Below are positions 28,376 to 37,189 of a stretch of DNA of 64,000 bases, one piece after another. Origin of the DNA: Candidatus Omnitrophota bacterium (GTDB lineage Bacteria; Omnitrophota; Gorgyraeia; Zapsychrales; Zapsychraceae); contig JAJDCB010000030.1 of NCBI GenBank assembly GCA_029261065.1, positions 260,876 through 324,875 on the forward strand, written 5' to 3'. Numbering within the stretch: the stretch's first letter is position 1; each line of letters starts with the position of its first letter. A model generated the notes under the pieces. That model had not been told where the DNA came from and made no database searches. It saw nothing but the letters and a program-made list of their open reading frames with translations. The position numbers and the translations under genes were made by a program.

Positions 28376-30511
28376 ATGAAGTTTAATATTATGTTTAATT
28401 TTTTATTTGTTCCTAAAAGATCTTTTCCTTATTGGTTTCTTTCCGTTATATGTCTTTGGGCCTATATAACACTATCTACAAGTAGTGTATCAGCCAATCC
28501 CATTATGGACGTTTCCTATCGCGAGATGTGGGATGTCAAACCAACTCCGATAGAAAATCAGATTAAGGCGAAACCTACTCTTAATAAAGAGAGTGAGCCT
28601 TTGAGAACTGTTTCGATGAAACGTTCTTTTAAAGATGATAATAAGCAGAAACAATATAATCAAGAAGATGTGAGTTATGAGATAGCTCCCGTTTATGTCC
28701 GTCCAAGCCTAGAATATCAAGCCTCGCCTTCTCGAAGCTGGTCTGATGAAGTTGTTGTTACAGCTAAGCGTATCCCTACTTTTTCCAGCCACAGTGCAGA
28801 AAATATAAAAGTTATTACAGAAAAAGACATAGAAAAGTTGCCTGCCAGAAATCTTGGAGAGGTCTTAAAGTATGTTCCAGGGGTGGATGTTCTCTCTACG
28901 TCGGAATTTGGCCAAGCCTCATCTGTTTCGATTAATGGATCGAAGTCAAGGCAAGTGTTGATAATGGTCGATGGTATTCCTTTTAATACACAGCTTTCTG
29001 GTCAAGCGAATCCAACGCGTATTCCCATTGGGCACATTAAGCAAATTGAAGTCATTAAGGGTGCCTCCTCAAGTGCTTGGGGGTCAAGTATTGGAGGTGT
29101 TATTAATGTTATTACCAAAGATGTTGGCGACTCTCATATTCCCGAGGGACAATTTACGACTAGTTACGGTGAGTTTGCTAGTACAACCAACAGTCTAGAT
29201 TTATCAGGAAAGGTTGGTGAGTTAGGCTATTATTTGTCAGGCAGTTTTCTTAAAACAGATGGGCCTTTCTCAGAGACAGATGTCGAAGAAACTAAATCAT
29301 TTCTAAAGCTTGCTCACCCTTTAGCTGATGCTGCGAAATTAACGGCATCATTTGGATATAGTGGGGCAAATGTGCGTTATGGCGTTACGCGATCAAATCG
29401 TATTAATTCAACGCCCTACATCTCTAGATATGGTCAGCTTGTCTTGGATGTTGATAAACCAACATTTGATTTTCAAGCGGCCTATAAGTATAACGATCAA
29501 GATATTACGACAGATATTTTTAATGCCTCAACAGGAGCCTTAGTCTCGGCAACAGTCAGTCACAATTTTCTTCAGGGTGTGGGTTTAAATGGAAGTATGG
29601 AAATCAATGAAACAGATACTTTTGTTTTAGGAGGAGATTTTGACTGGCAAACGCTTAAGTCTAATAATTTTTTAACAGAAAGTAAAAGTATAGGAACACA
29701 GGCCGCTTACAGTAATTACACGAGAAGTACAGATCGTTGGGATGTTATTCCTGGAATCAGATATGATCGAAACGAACATTTTGGCGAGCAATTTAGTCCC
29801 AGCTTTGGTGTTGTTTATCATTTTTTAAATTCTTCCGAAACATTACTCCGTGCAAAAGCCTCCCAAGCCTTCAATGCGCCACCTTTACTATGGATATTTA
29901 ACGATGATCCCACATTATTCGTTGGTCCTAGTCCTGATTTAGACGCTGAAAGTGCAAATGTTTATGAGTTAGGATTAGAGTCTGACATTTCTTCAAGGGT
30001 GCATATGAATTTAAGTTTATATCGCATGGATGTAAAGGATGCGATTGGATTGGTTTTTCAAGGAGGAGCTTTTGTTCAACGTAACTTTAGAAAATTTAGA
30101 AGACAAGGGGCCGAATTGCAACTGCAATATGATATTACTAAGGATTTATCGCTTGTGACAAGTGGAGCTTTTAACGATGTTGAAAATAGAGAGACAGGCC
30201 AGATGGTGCGGGATCAAGGTGTGGCTCGGCAAAGTTATTTGTTGGGTATGAATTATAAAAATAATAAAGGATATGGCGTTTATTTAAATGGTTATTATAA
30301 ACGGTGGAGTTCTTCTCCTTCTTTACAAGCAAACGATCGTAAATTTATATTAGATGCTAAGTTGACAAAAGAATGGGCTAATGTATTTAGACATATGGAT
30401 ATGGAGGTGTTTTTTAATATTCATAATGTTACCAATAGTAAATACTGGTCTAGCATCAATTTTCCTCTTCCCGAAAGGCACCTCGAAGGAGGGCTAACAA
30501 TTAAATTTTAA
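28376..30511 (+). CDS. TonB-dependent outer-membrane receptor
   Basis: Plug domain ('VVVTAKRIPTFSSHSAENIKVITEKDIEKLPARNLGEVLKYVPGV'). Long beta-barrel ending in terminal aromatic 'TIKF'. Confidence 0.8.
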   Translation: MKFNIMFNFLFVPKRSFPYWFLSVICLWAYITLSTSSVSANPIMDVSYREMWDVKPTPIENQIKAKPTLNKESEPLRTVSMKRSFKDDNKQKQYNQEDVSYEIAPVYVRPSLEYQASPSRSWSDEVVVTAKRIPTFSSHSAENIKVITEKDIEKLPARNLGEVLKYVPGVDVLSTSEFGQASSVSINGSKSRQVLIMVDGIPFNTQLSGQANPTRIPIGHIKQIEVIKGASSSAWGSSIGGVINVITKDVGDSHIPEGQFTTSYGEFASTTNSLDLSGKVGELGYYLSGSFLKTDGPFSETDVEETKSFLKLAHPLADAAKLTASFGYSGANVRYGVTRSNRINSTPYISRYGQLVLDVDKPTFDFQAAYKYNDQDITTDIFNASTGALVSATVSHNFLQGVGLNGSMEINETDTFVLGGDFDWQTLKSNNFLTESKSIGTQAAYSNYTRSTDRWDVIPGIRYDRNEHFGEQFSPSFGVVYHFLNSSETLLRAKASQAFNAPPLLWIFNDDPTLFVGPSPDLDAESANVYELGLESDISSRVHMNLSLYRMDVKDAIGLVFQGGAFVQRNFRKFRRQGAELQLQYDITKDLSLVTSGAFNDVENRETGQMVRDQGVARQSYLLGMNYKNNKGYGVYLNGYYKRWSSSPSLQANDRKFILDAKLTKEWANVFRHMDMEVFFNIHNVTNSKYWSSINFPLPERHLEGGLTIKF

Positions 30512-30627
30512 GAGTTAAAGTTTTTTTGTCTTTAAGTAGAAAAAAGTCATGAAATAGTACCCTTATCCTATTTTCATTTTCAAAATTTAAACTATAATTA
30601 TGGTTAATTATTTATGTGTGTAAATTA

Positions 30628-32274
30628 ATGAATAACATCGTAATAAAGGTTTTCTTTTTGGTAATGGCAATATCTTATTCCATACCTACTGCAGTATCAG
30701 CAAATCAATCCACAATCCCTACAAATCGTTTATTAAAATTCAGAGATCAAACTAATCCAAATTTACTTTCATCAGAGCCCCAGTACGGTGGAGAATTAAT
30801 TTGGGGGACAAGCAATCCTCCGTCGATCATTAATCCTATTTTAACACATATGAGTGTTTCCACGAGCCTTGTTCAGCTTATATTCAATGGCCTTGTTAAA
30901 AAAAATCCGCAAGGTGAAATAATTCCTTCGCTAGCAGAATCATGGGATATCTCTGATGATCATCTTACATATACATTTTATTTGAGAAAAAACGTCAGAT
31001 TTCATGACGGTGTCGAACTTACAGCGGAGGATGTTAAATTTACTTATGAGCTGATTGTTAATGATAAAGTAGACTCTATCTATAGATCTTCGCTAATTTC
31101 TGTTAGCCATTTTGATGTGTTAGATAAATATACAATTCGAATTGTTTTGAAAAAGGATGTGCAAAATTTTATTCATCAGCTAGTTCGTTTTATTGTACCT
31201 AAACATTTATTAGAAAATGAAGATGTTCAGAATACAAAATTTAATTATCAACCTATTGGAAGCGGACCATTTAAGTTTCAGAATTGGGATAAAATTACAA
31301 ATGAGATTGAGCTAGTCGCGAATAAAGATTATTTTGAAGGACGACCTTATTTGGATAGCATATTAATCAAGCAATACCCAAATAAGAATGCATTATGGTC
31401 GGCGTTGATGAGAAATGAGGTTGATCTTGTTCTGTTTTTAAGCAAGAAAGACTACAACATTTTAAAGGATGATCCTTCTTATAATGTTTACAGAATACCC
31501 TTGGAATTTAATTGTGCAATTATTTATAACACGCAAGATGCAATACTAAATGATTTTGAAGTTAGAAAGGCGATTGCTCATAGTATTGACAGAAAAAAAT
31601 TGATTTCAGATGTTTCGATTGAAGGTTTAGAAAGCGTGGGACCCTTACATCCCGATGCTTTAAAGGGTGATCATTTGTTAAATCTATTTGAATATAATCC
31701 TCATAAAGCAAAAGTTATTTTGATGCATAGAGGGTGGAGGGATGATAACAAAGATGGAATTCTTGAGAAAGAAGGAAGAGATTTAGAAATTAAACTTTTG
31801 GTTTATGAACAAAATGAAGATTTTAAAAAGATTGTACAAGTTTTACATCAACGATTTGCTGATGTTGGAATAAAGTTAAGTGTTCTTTTGTATAACGACA
31901 ATTTGCAATTAACTGACGAGTTTTTGCAAAAACATAAACCTCAAGCATGGATAAGATTTCTTTCTTCAAGGTTGTCTAATAAGTATGTCAATCTTGGATA
32001 TTGGTACTCTCAATCCAGTGAATTTGGACGATTGTGGAAATATGAAAATAAAAAATTTGATGAAATATATGAAAGTGGATTAATTGAAAAAGATGTGGAT
32101 GAGAGGTACAAGTTATACGAAGAGATGCACGATATCATTTACAAAGATCAACCTGCAAGTTTTTTATTTGTTCCTGTAAGTTATCATGCTGTTTCTGAAA
32201 AATTTAGAAATGTAGACGCATTGTTTAAACATAATATGGCTGTTTATACTTTATCTGAATGGTATTTGGAGTAA
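30628..32274 (+). CDS. Periplasmic solute-binding protein, family 5 (peptide/nickel/opine type; MbnE/OppA/DppA-like)
   Basis: Signal peptide 'MNNIVIKVFFLVMAISYSIPTAVSA'. SBP_bac_5 core ('LVKKNPQGEIIPSLAESWDISDDHLTYTFYLRKNVRFHDG'). No permease or ATPase genes adjacent. Confidence 0.75.
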   Translation: MNNIVIKVFFLVMAISYSIPTAVSANQSTIPTNRLLKFRDQTNPNLLSSEPQYGGELIWGTSNPPSIINPILTHMSVSTSLVQLIFNGLVKKNPQGEIIPSLAESWDISDDHLTYTFYLRKNVRFHDGVELTAEDVKFTYELIVNDKVDSIYRSSLISVSHFDVLDKYTIRIVLKKDVQNFIHQLVRFIVPKHLLENEDVQNTKFNYQPIGSGPFKFQNWDKITNEIELVANKDYFEGRPYLDSILIKQYPNKNALWSALMRNEVDLVLFLSKKDYNILKDDPSYNVYRIPLEFNCAIIYNTQDAILNDFEVRKAIAHSIDRKKLISDVSIEGLESVGPLHPDALKGDHLLNLFEYNPHKAKVILMHRGWRDDNKDGILEKEGRDLEIKLLVYEQNEDFKKIVQVLHQRFADVGIKLSVLLYNDNLQLTDEFLQKHKPQAWIRFLSSRLSNKYVNLGYWYSQSSEFGRLWKYENKKFDEIYESGLIEKDVDERYKLYEEMHDIIYKDQPASFLFVPVSYHAVSEKFRNVDALFKHNMAVYTLSEWYLE

Positions 32275-32305
32275 AGTGCTTAACTAAAAGAAAGGAGGAG
32301 AAAAA

Positions 32306-32410
32306 ATGGAAATTGTAAAATTGGGTTCAAATGATTTAAATCAACAAGATTCATTGAATTGTTGTTGGCCACCCGGGGCAGAGGTGTTAGAAACCCCATC
32401 GGATGAATAA
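32306..32410 (+). CDS. Candidate RiPP precursor peptide, 34 aa (MEIVKLGSNDLNQQDSLNCCWPPGAEVLETPSDE); absent from the ORF track
   Basis: Near-perfect RBS 'aaggaggag' 6 nt upstream of ATG 32306; in-frame stop upstream at 32285. Immediately precedes a radical SAM/SPASM enzyme. Cys-Cys-Trp-Pro-Pro-Gly core, acidic C-terminus. Confidence 0.55.
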   Translation: MEIVKLGSNDLNQQDSLNCCWPPGAEVLETPSDE

Positions 32411-32422
32411 CTTTTCATAAAT

Positions 32423-32485
32423 TTTTAGCGCACTATTTATCAATAACTGCGGCATTTAGTAAGGTTGAAAAATAGTGCGCTAAAA
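32423..32485 (+). promoter_or_regulatory. 16-bp perfect inverted repeat (TTTTAGCGCACTATTT / AAATAGTGCGCTAAAA) between the peptide gene and the radical SAM gene
   Basis: Arms at 32423..32438 and 32470..32485 with a 31-nt spacer. Either an RNA hairpin (attenuator or processing site setting the precursor:enzyme ratio) or a palindromic operator. Confidence 0.5.
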
Positions 32486-32514
32486 GTTTACGGAATAAAT
32501 AAAGGATTTTTCAT

Positions 32515-33882
32515 ATGAAGTTTTCTTGCCATACTATCATTGTCGATCATTACCCAGAAGTAAATCAGCACTTACTTTATAATACACGCACACAGTCGAT
32601 GATCAAAATTGATCAAGAACTTCGGCGTACTATTGAAGAGTATCCTAAAAATATTAAGATGATTTCAAAAAAGACTTGGGAGGATTTGAAGGCCTTACAC
32701 AATATGGGTATATTAGTTGAAAATGATGACGAAGATATGCTTAGACTTAAAAGTCATATGATGCAACTTAAGAAAAGTGTAAACGCAAAAGTTTTGCCGA
32801 TAACTATTTTAACGACATATGCCTGTAACTTTAAATGTAGCTATTGCTTTCAAGAAAGTTCACGTACCTTTGATAAGATGACAACAGAAACAAGTGACCA
32901 TGTGATTAGCTGGTTAAAATATAAAGTGAAGCAGTTTGGCTATCAAAAACTGCTCATTAATTTTTATGGGGGGGAGCCGCTTGTTAATCAGCGTACTTTA
33001 AAAGAAATTGTCAGTCAGATGAAACCTTGGTGTGAAGGAGAAGGTGTTGAGTTTAAGTTTATGTTACAAACTAATGGTTATTTGATGACTTCCCAATTGG
33101 TTGATGAATATATCGAGATGGGTTTAGATCAGGTTCGTATTTCTGTTGATGGTGTTGGGGAAGATCACGATCGGCATCGACCGTTAAGAAATGGGAAGGG
33201 GACGTTTGATCGCGTTATGAAAAATATTGTTGATAATGTTGATAAATTGAAAATTGGGATTTCTATTAGTTATGATAAAGGACAAGTTGATCATATTGAA
33301 CGATTTTTTGATTACTGCAATGATTTAGGAATAACAAAAAAATTGGGCCGATTTATCTTTTCTCCTATACATGCAACTTTGGGGCCAAAAGAGAAGCCTG
33401 AGATGATACAAAATTCAAGCTGCATGTGTAATTACGAAGATAAAAGTTTAGAGGATGCGAATCGTAAAATTAATGCTCTTATGCGTGCCAATGGGCTTGT
33501 AAGTAAAAGTGGTATGTCAACATCTACATGTCCTGTCACACGTGATAATTCTGGGATGACGATAGACCAGCATGGACATTTGTATAAATGTAACTCCATG
33601 TTAGGGCATCCGGAGCTCTCTACAGGGCATGTGAAAGATCTTATCTATAATCAAAAACATCGTGAATTTGTTAATTTGGATGTTTACAAACAATGCCCTG
33701 TTGATTGCACCTATATGCCAATGTGTAGTGGCGGGTGTCGATTATCCTCGTTTTTAAAAAACAAAAACTTTACTACACCCACCTGCCACAAGCCTTATCT
33801 TAATAAGATGGCGCCGGATTTAATCAAAAAAGATTATGAGTCCTTGATGGCAAAGGCAAAGCCTTCATTAGCAAAGAGTTGA
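32515..33882 (+). CDS. Radical SAM / SPASM-domain peptide-modifying enzyme with N-terminal RRE-like extension
   Basis: CxxxCxxC 'CNFKCSYC' begins at residue 104, after a ~95-aa N-terminal domain. C-terminal Cys-rich SPASM region ('CPVTRD', 'CNSMLGH', 'CPVDCTYMPMCSGGC'). Confidence 0.75.
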   Translation: MKFSCHTIIVDHYPEVNQHLLYNTRTQSMIKIDQELRRTIEEYPKNIKMISKKTWEDLKALHNMGILVENDDEDMLRLKSHMMQLKKSVNAKVLPITILTTYACNFKCSYCFQESSRTFDKMTTETSDHVISWLKYKVKQFGYQKLLINFYGGEPLVNQRTLKEIVSQMKPWCEGEGVEFKFMLQTNGYLMTSQLVDEYIEMGLDQVRISVDGVGEDHDRHRPLRNGKGTFDRVMKNIVDNVDKLKIGISISYDKGQVDHIERFFDYCNDLGITKKLGRFIFSPIHATLGPKEKPEMIQNSSCMCNYEDKSLEDANRKINALMRANGLVSKSGMSTSTCPVTRDNSGMTIDQHGHLYKCNSMLGHPELSTGHVKDLIYNQKHREFVNLDVYKQCPVDCTYMPMCSGGCRLSSFLKNKNFTTPTCHKPYLNKMAPDLIKKDYESLMAKAKPSLAKS

Positions 33883-34035
33883 GATTTATCGATTATGCGA
33901 GGCTATAAGCTGTTCTTACCTAGAGTCTTTTTAATTGATTAACATTTTAAGTTATAGTAGTCTATTAAAAAGTGCTCCATCTAAAGTCTTTTACCGATAT
34001 GTCCATTTCCATGGAAAAGGCCACAATACAAACAT

Positions 34036-35793
34036 ATGAGATTTAACTTCAAGCGTTTACGTTTTTTATTTCCAAATCGTATTTGGCATCAGATATTTTT
34101 TGTCCTCATTTTTATGGTGGTCATTCCGCTTGTCATTTTGGGGACGTTACTTATTACAACGAGTAAAAGAACGATTAAAACCTCAGTTTTAAGGGATTAT
34201 AAGCAAATTGCCATTCATGCGACGGGAGAAGTTGAGCAAAGTATTGAAGGGGCAAAGCATGCCTTAGAAGTAGCGGCCTCGATTTTAGGAATCCTACAGT
34301 CCGATATTTGGCGTCAAGAAACCACATTAGTTGAGTTAGCCTTACAATATCCCGCCTATCGACGTGTATCCAGCGTTGATTTAAATGGAGAAGAGCTGGC
34401 AACATCCGAGTTGGGGACTATTTTTCGTGACTGGTCCAATGAAAAAGTCTTTAAAGAGGCGCGTGAGGGAAATGCTTATATTTCTAAAGTCAGGATAGGT
34501 GCAGATCATATCCCATTATTAATTATTGCGACGCCCATTATATCGTTGGGTAAGACTAGGGGGGTGCTTATAGGAGAGCTAAATATTAGGGGAATTTGGG
34601 ATATTGTCGATAGCATCAAATTTGGCGAGACGGGGCGTGCTTATTTAATTGATCAAGAGGGACGGGTGATTGCTCATCCGGATAAAAAGATTGTGTTTCA
34701 AAATAATGCCGTTATCTCTCCTAAAGTCCCTAGCGCTGTCTTGCAGGGAAAGTCAGGGGCCATTGAACAAAAGGATGAGAATTCAAGAATGTGGTTGGTG
34801 TCATACGCTCCAGTAGAAGGGCTTAATTGGGGCTTGATCATCTCTCAATTGGAATCTGAAGCCATGAGCTTTTCAAAGGTTATGCAACATCAATCATGGT
34901 TACTCATTGGTCTAAGTTTACTGGCGACTGTATTGATAAGTTTTATCTTGGCCAGATCTATTCGTCGACCTATTCATCATCTTATAGATGGAACAAATCG
35001 TTTAGCTAAAGGAGACTATGGGTTTTCGTTTCGTATCGGACAAAGAAATGAGATCGGTAAATTACTGTTTTCGTTTAATCGAATGGCCAGAAAGCTTGAA
35101 AAGGCACAACGAATGGAGCGGTTATCTTTTGTTGGTCGTGCCGCAACAGCTATTGCCCATGAATTGAAAAATTCTCTTGTTCTTGTAAAAACGTTTGTTC
35201 AACTTTTACCAGAGAGACATCAAGAAGAAAAGTTTATTAAAGATTTTTCAAAAATAATTCCTCGAGAATTAGAAACGTGGAATGAGATGTTAAGGGGTAT
35301 TATGGAATATTCTAGAAATAAGGATTTTTCAAAAGAATTAATTGACGTTAATCAAATGATTGAAAATGTTTTTTCTTTGGCCGAGTTGCGAGTTAAACAA
35401 AAAGACATTGAGTTAAATTTAAATATGAATTCAGATATTCCTCGCGTTTTTGGAAATGAAGAGAAGCTAAAGCAAGTTGTGCTTAATTTGGTTACTAACG
35501 CTATAGATGCTACATCAACAGGGGGTTCGATTACAATGGCGACAGAATTGGTGCCTATGAAGGATGCTAGTGGATACGAGGTAGAGTTGAAAGTTATTGA
35601 TACAGGAGAAGGTATGAGCCAAGAGCAAGTTTCAAGGATTTTCGAACCATTTTTTTCTACCAAAAAAAATGGATTAGGTCTGGGGTTGGCTATAAGCCAG
35701 GATATTGTTAAGCATCATGGGGGCGTTATTCAAGTTTATTTAAACAAATTTGAAACGTCTTTTGTTGTTAGATTGCCAGTATCAACAGCTTAG
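34036..35793 (+). CDS. Sensor histidine kinase with periplasmic Cache-like domain, HAMP, HisKA, HATPase_c
   Basis: TM1 at residues ~20-42 and TM2 at ~285-305 around a ~240-aa periplasmic domain. H-box 'AHELKNSLVLV'. 'DTGEGM...GLGLGLAISQDIV'. Confidence 0.75.
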   Translation: MRFNFKRLRFLFPNRIWHQIFFVLIFMVVIPLVILGTLLITTSKRTIKTSVLRDYKQIAIHATGEVEQSIEGAKHALEVAASILGILQSDIWRQETTLVELALQYPAYRRVSSVDLNGEELATSELGTIFRDWSNEKVFKEAREGNAYISKVRIGADHIPLLIIATPIISLGKTRGVLIGELNIRGIWDIVDSIKFGETGRAYLIDQEGRVIAHPDKKIVFQNNAVISPKVPSAVLQGKSGAIEQKDENSRMWLVSYAPVEGLNWGLIISQLESEAMSFSKVMQHQSWLLIGLSLLATVLISFILARSIRRPIHHLIDGTNRLAKGDYGFSFRIGQRNEIGKLLFSFNRMARKLEKAQRMERLSFVGRAATAIAHELKNSLVLVKTFVQLLPERHQEEKFIKDFSKIIPRELETWNEMLRGIMEYSRNKDFSKELIDVNQMIENVFSLAELRVKQKDIELNLNMNSDIPRVFGNEEKLKQVVLNLVTNAIDATSTGGSITMATELVPMKDASGYEVELKVIDTGEGMSQEQVSRIFEPFFSTKKNGLGLGLAISQDIVKHHGGVIQVYLNKFETSFVVRLPVSTA

Positions 35794-35924
35794 ATAACAA
35801 ACAATTTTTGGTAGAAAAAAGTCAGCAAGTGGAACCTTGGCCCTATTTACAAATTTTGAAAAGTTTGTCATAGTATTAATCAATTCAATTAAGTTTTTTA
35901 ATTAATATTTTTATTAGGAGCAAT

Positions 35925-36656
35925 ATGCTATCTGAAACAATTGTGGTTATTGATGATGATGAGCGTGTAATTCAAAGTTTAGAACTAGCTCTTAGCGAAT
36001 ATGAAGTGGTTGGTTTTGAAAAGCCTAAAGAGGCAATGGTTTATTTACGTAAGCCGAATGAAGTAAGTCTTGTTTTATTGGATGTTATGATGCCTAAAGT
36101 TAATGGTATTAACATTCTTCAAGAAATCAAAAGTTTAAAAACAGATTTATCGGTCATAATGATTACGGCTTACGGCTCAAAAGATGTTGTCATGCAAGCG
36201 TTAAGAAATAAAGCAGATGATTTTATTGAAAAGCCTTTCGATATCAAAGAAATTAGACAAAAAATTAAAGAACATTTGAGTAAAAAATTAAAGTTTTCAA
36301 CTTATGGCGTCACGCAAAATCTTCATGTGGAGCGTATCAGACGTTTTATCGATCGAAATTACAATAATGTAAATTTAGATGAAATAGCCAGCCAAATGTG
36401 TTTAAGTCCCAAATATATTAGTCGGCTTTTTAATAGAGTTAATGACATCGATTTTCGTGATTATAAAGTGCAAGTAAAAATTAAACGTGCCAAAGATCTT
36501 CTTGTAAACACCTCTTTAAGTGTCCACGATATATCTAACGATTTGGGCTATCAAAATCCGGAATCATTTATGCGTATTTTTAAACAAAAAGTTAAACTTA
36601 CTCCTATGCAGTATCGAAAAAAGAGTTTAGTCTCTCAAAGTATAGATCATGAATAA
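35925..36656 (+). CDS. Response regulator with receiver and AraC-type HTH output
   Basis: REC ('VVIDDDERV', 'LVLLDVMMPKVNG') plus C-terminal AraC HTH ('YISRLFNRVNDIDFRDYKVQVKIKRAKDLL...PESFMRIFK'). Confidence 0.75.
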   Translation: MLSETIVVIDDDERVIQSLELALSEYEVVGFEKPKEAMVYLRKPNEVSLVLLDVMMPKVNGINILQEIKSLKTDLSVIMITAYGSKDVVMQALRNKADDFIEKPFDIKEIRQKIKEHLSKKLKFSTYGVTQNLHVERIRRFIDRNYNNVNLDEIASQMCLSPKYISRLFNRVNDIDFRDYKVQVKIKRAKDLLVNTSLSVHDISNDLGYQNPESFMRIFKQKVKLTPMQYRKKSLVSQSIDHE

Positions 36657-37047
36657 TGTTAAGATATTAATTATCGATGGACACCCTGTTTATTATCAGA
36701 AAACAGTTGGGTTTCTTAAAGGTCTAACGTTAAAAGACATTACAACGGCTAGTTCAGGCCAAGAGGGACTTAAAAAGGTTGATATGTTAAGGCCGGATCT
36801 CATCATGATGAGTGCTATGTTGCCAGATTTTGATGGCGTAGATATTTGTAGAGAAATTAGGGCTATTAAAGACTACACACCAAAAATTATTGTTCAAATA
36901 GGTGTCTTTTATGAAGAAAAGGATATAGACGATCTTTATCAAAGTGGGGCGAACAAAGTTGTTCTTCGCAAAGAAAAAGACTTCTTATCTTTAGAGAAGG
37001 CCATTGATGAGTTGTTGTTCTCAAAGTCAGGATCCCGCCAAAGTTAG
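36649..37047 (+). CDS. Atypical single-domain receiver (pseudo-receiver) lacking the phospho-acceptor Asp
   Basis: Receiver fold, but the canonical 'DLxxLD' site reads 'DLIMMSAM' (Asp replaced by Ser). Overlaps the upstream AraC-RR gene by 8 nt. Confidence 0.55.
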   Translation: MNNVKILIIDGHPVYYQKTVGFLKGLTLKDITTASSGQEGLKKVDMLRPDLIMMSAMLPDFDGVDICREIRAIKDYTPKIIVQIGVFYEEKDIDDLYQSGANKVVLRKEKDFLSLEKAIDELLFSKSGSRQS

Positions 37048-37189
37048 CCATTTCCTATTTTAAATGGGACCAATCATATTTATCGTATTAAATAATATTT
37101 AATCATTATCTTTTCTCTGCTCCTATTTGTTGTAAAATAATTATAGAATATTTCTATTTCTATTAATTATTAAAGTAGAGGGGAGTGTT

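Noticed and set aside
30616-32274. Considered the family-5 SBP to be part of a classical Opp/Dpp/Nik ABC importer
   Set aside because: No permease or ATPase genes flank it; instead a TonB-dependent receptor precedes it and a peptide/rSAM pair follows. A stand-alone MbnE-like binding protein therefore seems more consistent, though a distant ABC partner cannot be excluded.
37095-37111. Near-palindromic ATTAAATAATATTTAAT and a CCATTT...AAATGG hairpin after the pseudo-receiver gene
   Set aside because: Pure A/T palindromes of this length are expected by chance in an AT-rich spacer, and there is no GC stem or U-tract. Not called as terminator or operator.
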